A stretch of 64,000 nt of DNA. Origin: Eledone cirrhosa. Taxonomy: Eukaryota. The stretch is from assembly GCA_964016885.1 (NCBI GenBank), contig OZ024741.1, forward strand, positions 362,576,001-362,640,000, in the 5' to 3' direction. Every line of letters begins with the position of its first letter. Within the stretch, counting starts at the first letter, position 1. The position numbers were made by a program, and so were the translations under genes. This document shows positions 37,550-51,124 of this stretch, in pieces. The notes below the pieces were generated by a model, which searched no databases, was not told the DNA's origin, and was given only the letters and a program-made list of their open reading frames with translations.

Positions 37550-37556
<7 letters not shown>
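36543..37556 (-). mobile_element. 5'-truncated Penelope-like element (GIY-YIG) with ~85-bp inverted termini
   Basis: ORF 36862-37347: CSCR..CPL..C..AVIYEAVV..YYVGMAEGRFKERF.NH..CGLC.DE..LN.RNE..C.H; IR 36543-36628 / 37471-37556. Confidence 0.92.
36639..36688 (-). ncRNA. Type I HHR in PLE pLTR
   Basis: Minus CCATtaCGAG CTGAGGA tCC gctaa GGt GAAA caattg TT CTCGgtATGG; stem I with a 2x2 internal loop; stem II weak. Confidence 0.7.
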
Positions 37557-37594
<38 letters not shown>

Positions 37595-38523
37595 TATGTG
37601 GGCCTTCCAGTTTCATTTTACATTATATACACGTATGTGTATATTTTAATTACTTAAACATTATTTTTTTTTTATATTTTTTCAAGCGAACATGACCCAA
37701 CGGGTCACGGGTGGTCTAGTATTTATCTAAAAACCTTCCATCATAATTTAAAATACGAACCATTTTGTTGTGTTTCAAACAGTAAATAAATAATGAGAAA
37801 GTTAGTTTTAGTTATAATACTAAATCTTTCCAAATTCTTGATTATTTTCAAAATTAATTGACAACCGTATACAATGTATTTCGTTAGAAATGCGGTAACG
37901 AAAGGGCTTGTTTTGTTTTTTTATGTTCTTGTAGGTAATTATTATCAAATATATTAAATGCTACTTCACTTAATCATTTTTATGTGACCTTTTAGGAAAC
38001 TGCATTCAATTGACATGGGTCGAATACAGGGGTTTCGTTTGCCTTAAAAATGTGAGGGGGACAAACCAACATTTGTTGATTCTTAAAGGAGCATGAATTA
38101 CTTATGGTGCCTTTCCCAGACCTTATCACATAAGTAAAATTTTACGCTAATTCAATTTTATATATTCAAATGAAGTTCAGATATAAAAAAATAAGCTTAA
38201 AAAGAATTTATTATATCAAATAAACATAAAATAAAATATAGACGTTTGAAAAAGTAGACTTGTTCCCTGGTACTCCCATGAAACAAGGCCCTTGGTCGAA
38301 TATAAACAAGTTGTGAACAATGATTCTTGCAGAGAATCAGAAAGGGCAGAAAAATCGTGGTCTGTAGATAATGAAATCTATCCAAATTAGCTTCAGGAGT
38401 TACTTCCCTTAAAAGCTCTTTTCTTTGGTTATTTCCCTTACATCAAGTTACTTGTTAAGCCATCAGTTCTTAGTGTGACAGACGCCAGATCGTACTTGTA
38501 ATAAACCCAATACATACGTGCCT

Positions 38524-38761
38524 CAGGGGTGGTGGAAGCATTTCTGAATTGGATGGGGCGGGGGCAAATTTGGTCGATTTAGTTATAGTGATTAGTTTAG
38601 CTGTTAATATCAAATATCAACCAAGATATAAAAAAACTTCGATATGTGAAATAAACATAATGTACAGAAATTGTAGATGTGTGTTTTCGTAGTTTGAAGA
38701 GAAAAATATAATTATTGGGGAGCCATGGCCCCATCCCTCCTTTCTAGTTCCATCACCCTTG
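38524..38761. mobile_element. Possible hAT-type MITE, old
   Basis: Imperfect TIR CAGGGGTGGTGGAA / TTCCATCACCCTTG; only a partial flanking repeat (TGCCT). Confidence 0.45.
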
Positions 38762-38859
38762 TGCCTGTCTGCAAGCCTCCCTACCTATACTAGCAAAGTA
38801 TACCAGGCTGAAAAGTAGCTATACCACAAAATAGTTCTTAATAAAGGCATACTCTATTT

Positions 38860-39322
38860 ATAATAATGATAATAATAATGAAATTATTGTGTACAGTGCT
38901 CAGGTGCACTACAACTCATCAAAGGTGCATGTATAGTACATAGAATAATGTACAAATGTCAGGAAAATGAACAGTGTACGAGTCATGATATAATAACAAT
39001 AACAATAATGAAATATTGTGTAGTGCCCAGGTGCACCACAACTCATCAAAAAAGTGCATGTACAGTACATAGGGCAATGCACAAACATCAGTAAAATGAA
39101 CAGTGCACGAGTCATGATACACACATGTGTGCATGTGTATGGAAGGGGTACATCAGGTGTAGTTTTGGCGTATTTCGGGAAGCATGAGTGTCTTAAAGGA
39201 TGCAGTGTCTCGGCAGCTAACAATTGACGCAGGCAGTTTGTTCCATGCTTCAGCAACTCTGAGCGTGAAAAAAAGTCTACGAAAGTCATGGGAGCTGTGC
39301 TGTTTTCTGATCTTGTAGGCAT
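38860..39322 (-). mobile_element. CR1-like LINE 3' fragment with tandem-duplicated 3'UTR
   Basis: Same family as 16047 and 51125; 3'UTR plus (TAT)n tail present twice. Confidence 0.88.
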
Positions 39323-40639
39323 TTAATGGAATATCGTTGGTTTTCTTTCTTATGAAACGTTATATAAACGCTGTGTGTGTATATGTGTACCTGTGTTAGC
39401 ATGTGTATAATTAACATAACTCTCAGATGATGATTTTTGTGTGCAGTTGTTTCAATAAATAGGCTGAGAAACGATTGATAGAGAGCTAGTTCAGTTAGTG
39501 GATTAGTCTTTAAAAAGGAAAGGAGACATTGGACAATGTAATCATTGTTATACAGTGAGATGGGATGCTCAAGGCTGGAATGTCTTTAATCATAGGTGTG
39601 CTAAATCAAAATTGACCTTGGGTTAAGCAACAACATTCAGGGAAATGAATACTAAAATAAACAGAAGTGTTGATTATACTTATCCCTCAGTACATAACTG
39701 GCAATTATTTGAGTGATAGTACTGTAAGGATGAAAAGCAAAGTAGAATTTATATGGGATTTGAACTCAAAATCTAAAGGTCCATCACAAACTTATGCAAG
39801 GCTCTTTTTAGAAGACTGAGCAACTATATTGAGTCTTCCCTTAATGATTGTGCAACTATATAGAAGCATCTCTTATTAGCACATCTAGTTTTCAGTTGAG
39901 TGGTTAAATGATTTTAACATGCTCCACTGGATGTGTAATGAACAATGAAACACAAACTAAGCTATACTGGTTATAAGAGGAATCAGATGTACTGTAAAAG
40001 AGAGAACACTGAATTGGCATGGAAATGTGATACATTTGGAGATTGACAATTGAGTAAAGTAATGCTAAGTGATTCAAAAGGAAGGAACTTATGAAAGAGG
40101 GGAAAAAAAGAACTGGTGAAAGCTGATCTCACAATGCTGAACCTCACAAAGGGTTGCATAAAGTAATAAGACACTGCACTAGGGAATACGCATTAAATGT
40201 ATGCAAGTATGAAAAACACAGACCTGAACTGGTGATGTATATTTATGGGTGCTAATCATAACACTCAATGTTAGAATCCTGAATGTCATAAGATAAGATT
40301 TTAAAGTAACAAACAGCTTTAAAACTGAAATTCAAAGGTGTGAAAATGTACTTCAGGAAAAAAATTATTTAAAAAAATACATGATGAGAATACACAATTT
40401 TGATAAGGAGCAAAAACTCCAAAAGAATTGTTGATTGTTTTCTCTCAGCTACTGCTGAAACAAAAGGATGATGTAGATCATCTATCACATGGTGTTTATG
40501 AGGCTGCTTGCTTACAAACAAACTGAATATTAATAATATTATGATATTATTATTATATTATATTATTCACTCACAAATACATTTAGGTATCCACCATGTT
40601 AAGAGCGAAAACAAATGTTTGTGTGTATATATATATATA

Positions 40640-42230
40640 AAGTTTTTGTTCCAAGCTGGCTGTTCAGAATAACTCCAGCAAGTATCTTTCCTGCAACTGA
40701 TAAAAGTGATATCTTCCTATAGTTGTCGCATCCACATCTGTTACCCTTCTTTTTGTAAAGGTGTATAATTGAGGTATCTTTAAACTGCTGTGATACTTCT
40801 CTCCCATATACATGTTAAGAACTCAAAGAATTTGATCCCCATAACTGTAACTTCAACTGCCAGACCAACATTACCTGGAGTCTTGCCATTGGACAGTTGT
40901 CTGATGGCAGTTTTAATTTCTGAAAGAAGATTGATTGATAGGTATTGTAATACAGGCTGCTGCGAAAGATTGTTGATAATATTCATATTAAGGTTTGAGT
41001 CACTATTCAGAACACTTGGGAAGTGTTCAGCCCACCTTTTGGTTATGTCACATTTGTCAGTTAATTTGTTTTCTAAAGAAAATACTGGAGATGAACCGTT
41101 TGAAATAGGACCAACGACTCATTTAAGGTTCTGATAAAAGGATTTCAAATCAACTTTGTTTGCTGCATCTTGAAGGGCTTTTGCTCTTTCTTTCCACCAG
41201 TTTTATTTTATTTCACAAAATTTGGTTTGAGCACAATTATTTGCTTGTTTAAAAGCTTTATGTTTGGGAATTGAGTTCTTATCAAGCATCTAAGCACTGT
41301 GACATTTATATATGTCCTCAAGAAATGATTGTATTTGTGGATCATTTGAGTCAAACCAGTCCTGGTGCCTACAATGGACATAACCTAATGTTTCTTTTTC
41401 TATCTCAAAGAGTGTGGCTCTCGAACTTGACTAAGAAGCCTCAGTATCATCATTTATAATAATTTGAGGTGACTTTCTTCAAAAGAGTCATTTAAGGATT
41501 GTGCAATGCTTTTATTCTTCAGCCTGCTGATATTTAATTTTTTTACATGGGGCAATTTGTTGTGTCTGAATGGGCCATTGAATTTTCATGTTTATGCAAG
41601 AATGAATGAATTTATGATCAGACCATGCTTCTCCTATTGAAAGAGTGTAAGATTTACATCATGCCTGTTTGTTTGACGTGAAATTATATAATCAATTAAA
41701 TAATAGTGATCAGATCTTGAGTGTTTCCAGTTAGTCTTTAAATGATTAGACTGTTGGAAGACTGTATTTGTATTTAGAAGATCAAATTCTGTATCAAGTA
41801 ACAGGTAGTCTATCCAATGCCATGTCTGCCTAAAACATTTGGCCAGCCCAAGTTGTCACTTCCCACTCTGGCATTAAGGTCCCCTATCAAAACAATAATT
41901 TATTACCTGCCCACAAAGACAGGAATAGAATTCTTCTTTAAGCTCAAATGATGAGTAGTGTTGGCACAATTCTTCCCTATTTTCACACAAAGGGTCATAT
42001 ATATATGATGGTGATTAATTTGTTTTGCAAGGTTTTTTATATGAAATTGTGTGTCAAAACAAATATTGTTATACTTGGAGAGGGTCATATTGTTGTAATA
42101 ATATTGCCAGAAATAATAACAGAACACACTCAGTTTGGTTGGTTTTTGCTTCTGCATCTTTTATATCTCCACAGTTAATTCATTTGGCCATCAATGTATA
42201 TCACTGACTGACCAACGGTCAAAAATACAG
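40640..42230 (-). mobile_element. RTE-clade LINE (APE + RT N-terminus), decayed
   Basis: GDLNARVG, LIDYI, WSDH, WAEHF..LN, AIRQLSNGKTPG, NYRKISLLSVAGKILA. Confidence 0.85.
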
Positions 42231-42247
42231 ATATAAATACATATATA

Positions 42248-42985
42248 TAGTCTAACAAAGTTGTTTCGTTGCACATCTGCAACATCATCAGTGGTACTAT
42301 TATCATGTTTCCCCCTACTGTATTGTATGTATTGTAATGTCTACGCCATTTTTATTTTATTTATTTATTTATTTTTGTCTTCGTCTCTGCGCATGCGTTT
42401 GCATGTGTGTGTTCGCGTTTAGGTGTATGTGTTTTGGTTATTGTATTCTATCTTAGTGTGTGTTTGTTATTGTGCTTGCGTATATATTTATTTATTTATT
42501 TATATTTCTCTTAAGTCAGTATTGTTTGTTTGGGTGTTGTTGTTATTCCATTCATTTTTTCTATTTAGCTTTGGCTTTCTAAGCTCTATTTCGCTTGCCT
42601 CTCTGATTTGCCTACCTGTTGAGTCATTTCTATGTTTAGATATTATTTTAATTTCTATGTTGTCTATGTTACCGTCATGTTGTTGTCTGGCATGTTCGTA
42701 CAGTACTGAACCGTTTTTTTGTCCTTTTAATTCCCCCCAGTGTTGGTCTATTCTTTCTCCTTTGCTTCGAGCTGTCTCACCTATGTATGTCGTTGTCATG
42801 TTTCTGCAAGTAGCCTCTGTACATCTTATACTATAGACTACATTTCTAGTTTTACAGTTTATCTGGGGGTTTACTTTACATATGACACATTTCTTATTAG
42901 TACAGTGGGTTTTCTTAAAAAGGTATGTTTTGCTGATCAGGGATTTTATGGTAGTTCCTGGCTTTTCTACCACTTTATATATATA
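42248..42985 (-). mobile_element. Penelope-like 3' end: GIY-YIG ORF 42500-42973 plus degenerate HHR at 42248-42300
   Basis: CKTRNVVYSIRC..C...YIGETAR...R..QH...RQIREA..LNRKNEW; minus CTGATGA tGTTGCA gatg TGCAAC GAAA caactttg TT. Confidence 0.88.
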
Positions 42986-42989
42986 TATG

Positions 42990-43572
42990 CAGTAGAATAA
43001 GGTGCTCCAAGAGTATGATAGCTACAATAAAGATAGGATGGAAGAAGTTTAGAGAACTATTCCCACTGTTGACAACAAAGGTTTCTCCCTATATACAAAA
43101 GGACAACTGTATGACATCTATGTGTGAAGTGCGATGCTGCATGGCAATGGAGCACGGGCAGTGACTGCAGACGACGTGTAGGCTGGAGATAAATGAAGCA
43201 ACCATGGTTAGTTGAATGTGCAATATAAATGTGAGATAAAGGCAGAGCTTGGATAAACTGAGTGAGAAATTGGGTTTAAGAAGAATCATAAGTGATATGT
43301 AAGAGAGAAGACGGTGTTGGTATGGACATGTGATGCACATGGATGATGATCGCTGGATGGAGAAGTGCCAGGAAATCCCTGTGGAGGGAAGCTGCAGTAG
43401 GGGTAGACTAAGGAAAACCTGGGCAGACGTGATGAGAGCTGATCTCATATCACTGAGACTCACAGAGGAGATGAAGAAATGCAGCGAGTGGAGAGATGCT
43501 GTGCTGAAAAGGACCCGTCCAACCCATGCAAGTGTGGAAAAGTGGACATAAAAACGATGATGAGGATGATAT
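42990..43572 (+). mobile_element. RTE-clade LINE 3' end
   Basis: RIGWKKFREL, WYGHVMHM, GRLRKTW.DV, EWRDAV; tail AACCCATGCAAG..(GAT)n. Confidence 0.85.
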
Positions 43573-45099
43573 AGCATATCACTGAACACAGAGGTCAACA
43601 TTTAAAAGCTACGTTATTTATACACATGCAACATACACAGGTATATATAACTTTCATCCTATCAAGGTAATAAAATACCAATCAAGAGGTGGTTGAATTA
43701 TTTCAGCATCAGATGAAATACCTTGTAGTATTTGTTCTGGCTCTTTGTGTTCTGAATTCAAATCTCATTGTGGCTTACTTAGGGGAAGACTTGATCTGTC
43801 CTCCAGTTGAACACCACCACCTGGCTTTTGGGTGCCTTTGGTGGAGTCTACTATATTTAAGCATTCAAACAAGATCTCTGCTTTAAAGACTTCTCAACTT
43901 CTGCTCTTCCCTCACCGATTAAACAATAATATATCTGAAATTCAGATTTTAATTTAAGGATTTAGAATCATTAGACCCACAGATTAAATGCATTTGTTTT
44001 TGCTCCCTGTTCAAATCCTGTCTGGATTAACTTTACCTTTCATCCTTTCAAGATAAATAATGTACTAGTCCAAGGGTTGTGGATTATGGGAATTGTTAAA
44101 AAGAGTTGAACAGGATGCTTTGCAGAATCTAATCTAACTCTGTTTGTTTTGTATGTTTAGAACCCACATCCTTCTGCCAGAGGTTGCAACCAGGAAATAG
44201 TATCAGCAATAGATACTATCTAATCTGACAACCAGCAATAGATACTGTCTAATCTGACAACCAGCTTTGTGTCTTTTGCTTCCAGTTTGTTACAATAACT
44301 ACATGCCTCAATAATTATATCAGCTTGTGAATCCATCTTTGTTTCAGGAATTTTAAGTTTCAAACTTGAGTAGTAAGCCTAATATGCTGCTTGGTTTAAC
44401 ATGAAAAAAACCTTGAGTCAATGGGACAGCTGCTACACAGTTGCTCAAACCCCTAGAAATATCAGCTTCGACAATGTAGTGCTTGAAGATGGCATGGTCA
44501 TGGCTGGAATGCCTTTGATCTAGTTCTAGGGTAATTTTAGTAGTGATACCTATAAAGTGATACCAAATAAAGTATATAATTGAGTGTGGACGTTTTTCAT
44601 CTCTTTTTTGCTTTCTTTATAAATTCGTTTCTTCTGTAAATCATATTTTTTAAATATAGATTGTTGTACAAGATGTTTTAAATAATCTTTTAAAAATCGG
44701 TAGACTGATTTGGAAGATATTTGGTAGCTATTTCTAGCAAGTCGAGTTTGTCCTGCAGATATTCAGGATTAATATAGACCACATAGATCTCACCAGATTT
44801 GGGTAGGGTTAAGGTTAGGCTTATCAAATCTTATAAGACATTGCCCATCCTCTCCTGATTGACATTTTAAAAAATATTAGTGAATTGAACGTCCCATCCT
44901 TAATGCAAAAATATTCCCTTTGTTATCTCAACAGTAATGTTTCTAAAACAATAATCCATTATAATGAGTTGAAGTAACAATTGTTATTATACTGTAACAT
45001 AGAAGAGTAGGAGAGGAAAGACGGGAGGGAGGGAGAAGTTAAGGAATTTCCCGTCTAACAAAAACGTCAACATTATAAGCTCGTGCGTTACCTGGAATT

Positions 45100-45410
45100 C
45101 TAACTAATGACGTCATTAAGTTTAAGGGGGGGGGTCTGTTGGTATTACTACGCAGCGACACCTAACAACTCGCAAAACTTCAAGGGGAAAATAAAAATTA
45201 ATCCTTTAAAAAATTAAATCAGCATTATAAAATCGAACGGAATAATCTTATAAAAATATTCCACTCACTAGGTTTTATTTTAGGGAAAAGTAACAGTTCT
45301 GATATGCTTTAAAGTTAAACACTTGTTTGGACTATTTTCTTTCTCTGGCATTGACGTCATCAGTGTATGTAAATAGTACATGTCTCAGTTCAGTTTCTAC
45401 CGCCATCTTT
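45100..45410 (+). promoter_or_regulatory. Candidate core promoter: two CRE palindromes, Inr-like TCAGTT, YY1 motif
   Basis: TGACGTCA at 45108 and 45352; TCAGTTCAGTT at 45385; CCGCCATCTT at 45400; region free of recognisable repeats and CpG-richer. Confidence 0.5.
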
Positions 45411-45827
45411 GAAACGTCCGAAGAAACATTGTCATTATAGAGTTACTTTGTTTATCTCTATAGTTGTTGGTGTTGCTGAGATCACGTTGGATCTTCTAGT
45501 AAATACAACTCAGTCACCAATTTAATTACTATCGGTCTATTACGGTAACATTTTTTATATTTTCTCCTCCACAATTTGAAGCTGTCGACATGCCATAACT
45601 GAGCCGGATGATACATGCTACAGAATCTTTCACATGTAACAATCACATCTACTTTTTTTTCTCAAGCTTTATTCATGTTCTTTGTTAATATCAACATTTG
45701 CCTATTATTTTTTTTACTGATATCCCAACGTAAATTTTGAAGAGGTATCTGTCTGTGTTCGTTTGTTCCTTTTGTTTTCATTCACTAAAAGTTTTACTAA
45801 CTGACATTGTGTAAATTAATTACATCA

Positions 45828-46214
45828 ATGAAACCTCTCGCATCGAAACAGCAACGATCTAGTGTGATTAATCAGAACAGGGGAGTGATCAAAAAGTTAA
45901 TAGATCGAGCCCAAACAAAGAAAATGTTACTAGAAGGACAGAAAACTAATTTCTATCGTATCCATGCTTTGTTAGAGGCCACTGTTCAAAGATTGAACCA
46001 CGACCTTCACCGTTTGGATAGTTTAGAGCGGAGACGACTTCACACGAAGTTAACGTACAGCGACAGTTCGTCTATAAGACATTCATCATCATCATCATCA
46101 TCGCATGAGGACAGTGTCGGTAATATGGACTCTATAGACTCTTCTATAAAATCTGCAGATGATGAAGATCACTTAGGAATTGCTGCCTTTTTTAGTAATT
46201 TGAAGAATGTCAAG
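45828..46214 (+). CDS. Candidate first coding exon of an unknown protein (helical/coiled-coil N-terminus, Ser/acidic tract)
   Basis: ATG at 45828, 129 open codons in AT-rich DNA, donor AAG|GTATCC (phase 0); no TE motifs. Confidence 0.6.
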
Positions 46215-47189
46215 GTATCCTGTAATTATTCCTGACATTAAACACCTGTAGCTATATTGGATTCTCTTTCCATAAAAATATTTATTTTCGGAGAATCTTT
46301 TTTTTTTAATAAACAAAAGACAATTTTATTTTGAGACAATCTTTCACAAACAAACACTGCCATATAAAACACTATATTTTTATAAATTACCATCAAATTA
46401 TAACGTTTCTATTCTATTTCTATGAATGAAAAAATAACATTCTTACAAATCAAATGGTTTTCGCTATTTATTTATTTGTATTCCAAGATTTTTAACTTGG
46501 TTCTAGTGAGTTGTTTGTTATTTTCATTTCTGTAACAGTTTGTCTGAGAGAGTTACTATTTGTGTGTATGGAAAAGAGAATGACTTCTATAACTTCAAAT
46601 TGTCTGTAATCTACATAAAGTACATAGACACTTACTCACTGCTGATTTTAAACGATAATGAATTTAAACAAACACTATCTCTGTACAGATAATTTCGGTC
46701 TGTGTAAACTCTTATTTTTGTTTCATTACAAATTACCATGCACTCTACTACGTGTTGTACTCTTCTCTTTAACACACATTCCTTCTCGGCATAACAATTT
46801 AGTGAGAAAGTAATGGTTTATGATTACTTGGAACAGAAACAATACTTTATTATATAGTTCTTGGTTGTGAGGAAACAAACATGGAAAATGATACACATTC
46901 TTTCTCTTCTTGTCTCTCTATCTTATTGATGGATGAATATGAAGCCAGGATCTACATGAAAAACAGTAAACTTCAGGACAGTGACCCTATTAGATTTATG
47001 CCATGGATGTGCAACTTGTGTAACCTATATATTTAGCAATTCAATATAAACAAATGCACGTGATGACAAATAAGCTGTTGGTTTACTTTTAAAATTCGAA
47101 GTTATTCAATATTTTCTCAGCCTACTCTTTTACTGGTTACAGTCTTAACCCTTTGTTTTTTGTCAAACTGTTAAATTACCAAACATAAA

Positions 47190-47345
47190 CACACACATAC
47201 GACTGACCTTCCACGGAGTTTCCGTTTACCAAGTTTTACTGGTAAGTCATTGGTCAACCCAAAGCTACTTACCCATGGTACCACGCAGTAAAACTAAACC
47301 TGAAACTACATGGTTGCAAAGCGAACCCTTTAACCACACAGCTAT
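47190..47345 (-). mobile_element. tRNA-derived SINE (second family), decayed
   Basis: Minus GTGTGGTTAAAGGGTTCGCTTTGCAACCATGTAG..head, ending in (TG)n. Confidence 0.55.
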
Positions 47346-48219
47346 GTCTCTATTTCTCAACCTATAGTCGGAATATTTCGATATTTGGAAACGTGAGATT
47401 TCTGTAACAATGTGAGGCTTTTGATTGCCCACATCTTTGAGCTCAATATTCCAACAAGGCTATTCACAGATGCATGTCACTTATGCAACCGCAACAAACG
47501 TTTTAAAGCCATTTTCTATGCAGAAGCAGCGATTAGTGTTGCATGCTCCATTACCTTCGAAGCAACATGGCACCAACCCTTTTAGTCATCTCTTACGACA
47601 TGCAGAGATATACGTAGTATAGCTATTCTAATCTAGATATACACAGTTTATATAAGCTATGAAACAAAATATAATTTGGTATTTAGTCATTTAACTTTTT
47701 ATCATGCCTCTAACAAAAAAAAAAGTCAGTTTTCGGAATTTCATTTTGAAAATATCAATAATTCAAAATCTGAAAAAGAAAAAATAATTTTAACAATATG
47801 AAAAGTACTTTGGGTAAGAGTTGAAAATTGCAGTGTAATTAAAAATGAAACCAACGAAAATGGGAAATGTTAAAAAATAGGAATTAGCACCATTACCTTG
47901 CCATTGAATATCTTTAACATATTCCACTTGGGGGAGGGGGGGGGGGGGAATTAATTGTGGTTATTTATTTTTACTGTTTACTGAAGGAACGGCAGAGTCT
48001 CTGAAACTGATGGAAGGGAGGAAAGTACCCTTATATCAGAGACATGGCCTGAATACTTGCAACAGTAGAGACTCCACTTAGTCACCTGAATGCCAGGTGG
48101 TGATGTTAAACCAAGGGACTAATTAAGTCTACTACACAAGTAGGTCGCAGCAGGATTTGCCCCCAGAACAAGTACAGCAAAACATCTCAACCAACACTAA
48201 ACATTTTTCCCATCTATTG

Positions 48220-49265
48220 GCTTGGACAGGTAGTATATTTTATCAACCCTGGAAGGATGAAAGTTGTTGACTTGGGAGAAATTTGTTACAATAATTCAGA
48301 TAAGTCTGTTTTCTTCTGAGGCCCAGCAAACAATGTGAGCATTTCTGTTTCTCCCCTGACTAAACCATAGTTTCTGATTTAACCACAGGGCCAGCAATTT
48401 TGAAAGAGAGAAAGGTCTATTAAATCTATCCAGTGTCTTACTGGTACTTTATACAATTTTGAGGGAGAGAAAAGTTGAATATATCAACATTTCTGGTACT
48501 TTATTTTATCAACCCTGTAAGGATGAAAGGCAAAGCTAACCTCGGTAGGATTTGAACTTGGAAAGTAAAAGGACGTAACTATATGCTGTAAAGTATGTCC
48601 GACGCTCTACTGATACTACCAATCCACCACCATTAACTCAACCATAATTGTTTCTACTTTTTGGCACAAGACCAGCAATTTGGAGGGGGAGGTGAAAGTC
48701 GATTAAATCGACCCCATAAGGATGAAAGACAAAGCTAACTATGATGGGATTTGAAATCAGCACGTAAAGAGGCGTAACTATGCTGCGAAGCATGGTGTTC
48801 GACGCTCAACTGATACTACCAATCCACCACCTTTGACTTAAACATAATACCAACATTTTAAAGCCATTTCCTCTGCTAAAGCAGTGGTTGTTAGCACTGC
48901 ATGCTCCATGGCAGATTTTATATTGATCGTGGGATACTTTTTAAATCAATGTTTTACATTCAGATGTCCTTCCTGGAGCCAACCCTTTTAGTCACCTCAG
49001 ATAACACACAGAACCATTCAAGCACTGAAGTCAGTGCAATCTAATTATTCCACCCCCAAAAAATGCTGGCCTTGTGCCTAAATTAAAAACTATTATTAAG
49101 TTATAGCAATGGCTTCTAATTAGATTCAAGGCTAGCAATTTTAGGGGGAGAGCTAAGTTGATTGCATTGACCTTGAAAGGCTAAGTCGATCTTGAGATTT
49201 GAACTCGGAACAAAGAGTTAAAACAAATATAAACACCACAACGCATTTTGTCTGACACACTAATG
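48220..49265 (-). mobile_element. Cluster of decayed SINE family A copies (mostly minus)
   Basis: Repeated AGGATGAAAGGCAAAG..GATTTGAACT..CCAATCCACC. Confidence 0.8.
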
Positions 49266-50489
49266 GTAAATGAAAACAATGTAACATTAGATATTAATGA
49301 TGATAGAAAATATAATGAATCAGCTTAACCCTTTCATTATATTTCTAATCAAAGACACTGCTTATAATTTTCAAATCAATTTGCAGGGATTTAGTAATAT
49401 AACTTATTATTAAGCTGGTGTTTGGGTCATAACTTAAAGAGTCTTCTATAAAATTATGATGGAAGGTTTTTGAACAAGTTATTTTGTATCATGGAAGCAA
49501 GAGCAGTTTGGTATCAAAAGAGTAACATAACATAAATAGCAATTACATCATACATATTTATATTTTGGTGTCAAAATGTTCAGTTTGTGCACCTGTCAGA
49601 CACAGTTCCATTGTGTAATATCTATATGGTGTAAATATTTATGTAATGATTTTCAGACTTTAATCTTATATGAAGATATTACTTTGATGGCATAATACAA
49701 GATATATGTGCAGCTCGACTAAATAATGTCTATTATTTCACCAAAATTGGAATTTTATTAGTTGTTTTTTTAGTCTTAGTCAGAGGAAGAAGAGCAATAC
49801 CTGGAACCTTTCTCGGGGCCTCTGAATTGCTTGCAACTGAATGTAGTCTGTTCAAGCCACCTAAGTGTCAGATAGTGGAGTTAAACTGGATGATGAATTA
49901 AGTCTGCCATCTAAGAATAGGAACATTCCATCAGGCTTACACAGTGTCTTTGTCCCTTAAATGATGGAGCAGACATTCCAGATATGACCATTTGTTTCCC
50001 AATCAAAGTTTACCTTGGAGCACGTTTTCTTTTCAATAGGGTGTTGTGATTTGTTTGTTATTTATAGCAAATAAAATAAACACATGAAGATTCAATTGAA
50101 ATCCCGTTTGTGTTTGCAGGGTTGTCTTCCTGTATCAACATCATTGGGAGTTCAAATTGAGGTCATTGATCTGATACATATATTTTTGGTACTAGATATG
50201 TGAAAACTAAAAAAAAGGAAAGGAGCAGAAATGGTGTTTCCATTGCTGATACTAACTGCCTGGCACAATGCCAGGAGAAAGTATTTTGTCTGACTAACAA
50301 TTCTGCCAACCTACTACCTCCTAAATTTATACACCCAAAATTAAAAAGACAGTTTACCTCAGCAGAATTTGAACTCAGGGCTCAGTGACCTGAAATAAAC
50401 ACCATAGCATTTAATCTGATGCCCTAATGACACTGCTAATTCACATCCTAACACTAACTTAACATGTAACAAAATTTTGGAATGTATGA

Positions 50490-50690
50490 AAGCAACATGG
50501 TCTCCTGTCTGGCCTAGTTACAGAACATGACAGCCAATCTGTATGTATACGCTGTAATGTGGTTGGCATAAGGAATATCTGTATGTGCAAGTCAAGTGCA
50601 CCAGACCTGGTTAGCCTTATAACAAAAACCCATCTAACCCATGCAAGTATGAAAAATAGATGTTAAATGGTAGTGATGATGATGATGATA
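50490..50690 (+). mobile_element. SINE with RTE-derived tail (Ceph-domain-like)
   Basis: GTGGTTGGCATAAGGAA core and tail AACCCATGCAAG..(GAT)n matching the RTE end at 43519-43570. Confidence 0.55.
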
Positions 50691-51124
50691 ACAACAACAA
50701 AAAAAGCAAATAAAGAAACAAGTAAACTGTGCCCTTAATTGAACAATGTAGCTCAATTCTGCTCTGCAAGCAATATAGCAAAAGCATTGTCACAGTGAAC
50801 TGCCAGTGATATCTGCTGAATCAGCCACTCTACTCCATGGAGTTCCTTCCTGAGATGTGATGCTTTCATTCTAATTTTGCAAAGAACAGCAGTTCAAGGT
50901 CTCGACAGAAAGCTGTGTGAAATGGGATCTGTCCATTAATGACAGTAGTCAGCAGAATCAGTGGCAGTGAAGACTTCTGGCATTCTGGTCCCCTGGACTG
51001 CATCCCTACTCACTGCTATTGGGGCCGAGTTGGGTACCTGAGAGGTGGAATAGCTGTTCCAGCATGTCTCCTTCGCCATCCTGTCCATCAGTGATTTATA
51101 TTGATATAGGACAGCATTCTTCAC

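Larger units (their letters stand above)
36240..37719 (+). mobile_element. Helitron-like H3 copy, split by a PLE insertion
   Basis: Aligns with 26790-27226 on both sides of 36545-37555; 3' TGACCCaacGGGTCA..CTAG at 37716-37719. Confidence 0.7.

Noticed and set aside
49780-50200. Possible + strand exons after acceptors near 49779 and 50118
   Set aside because: Short frames, no convincing donor, no recognisable product
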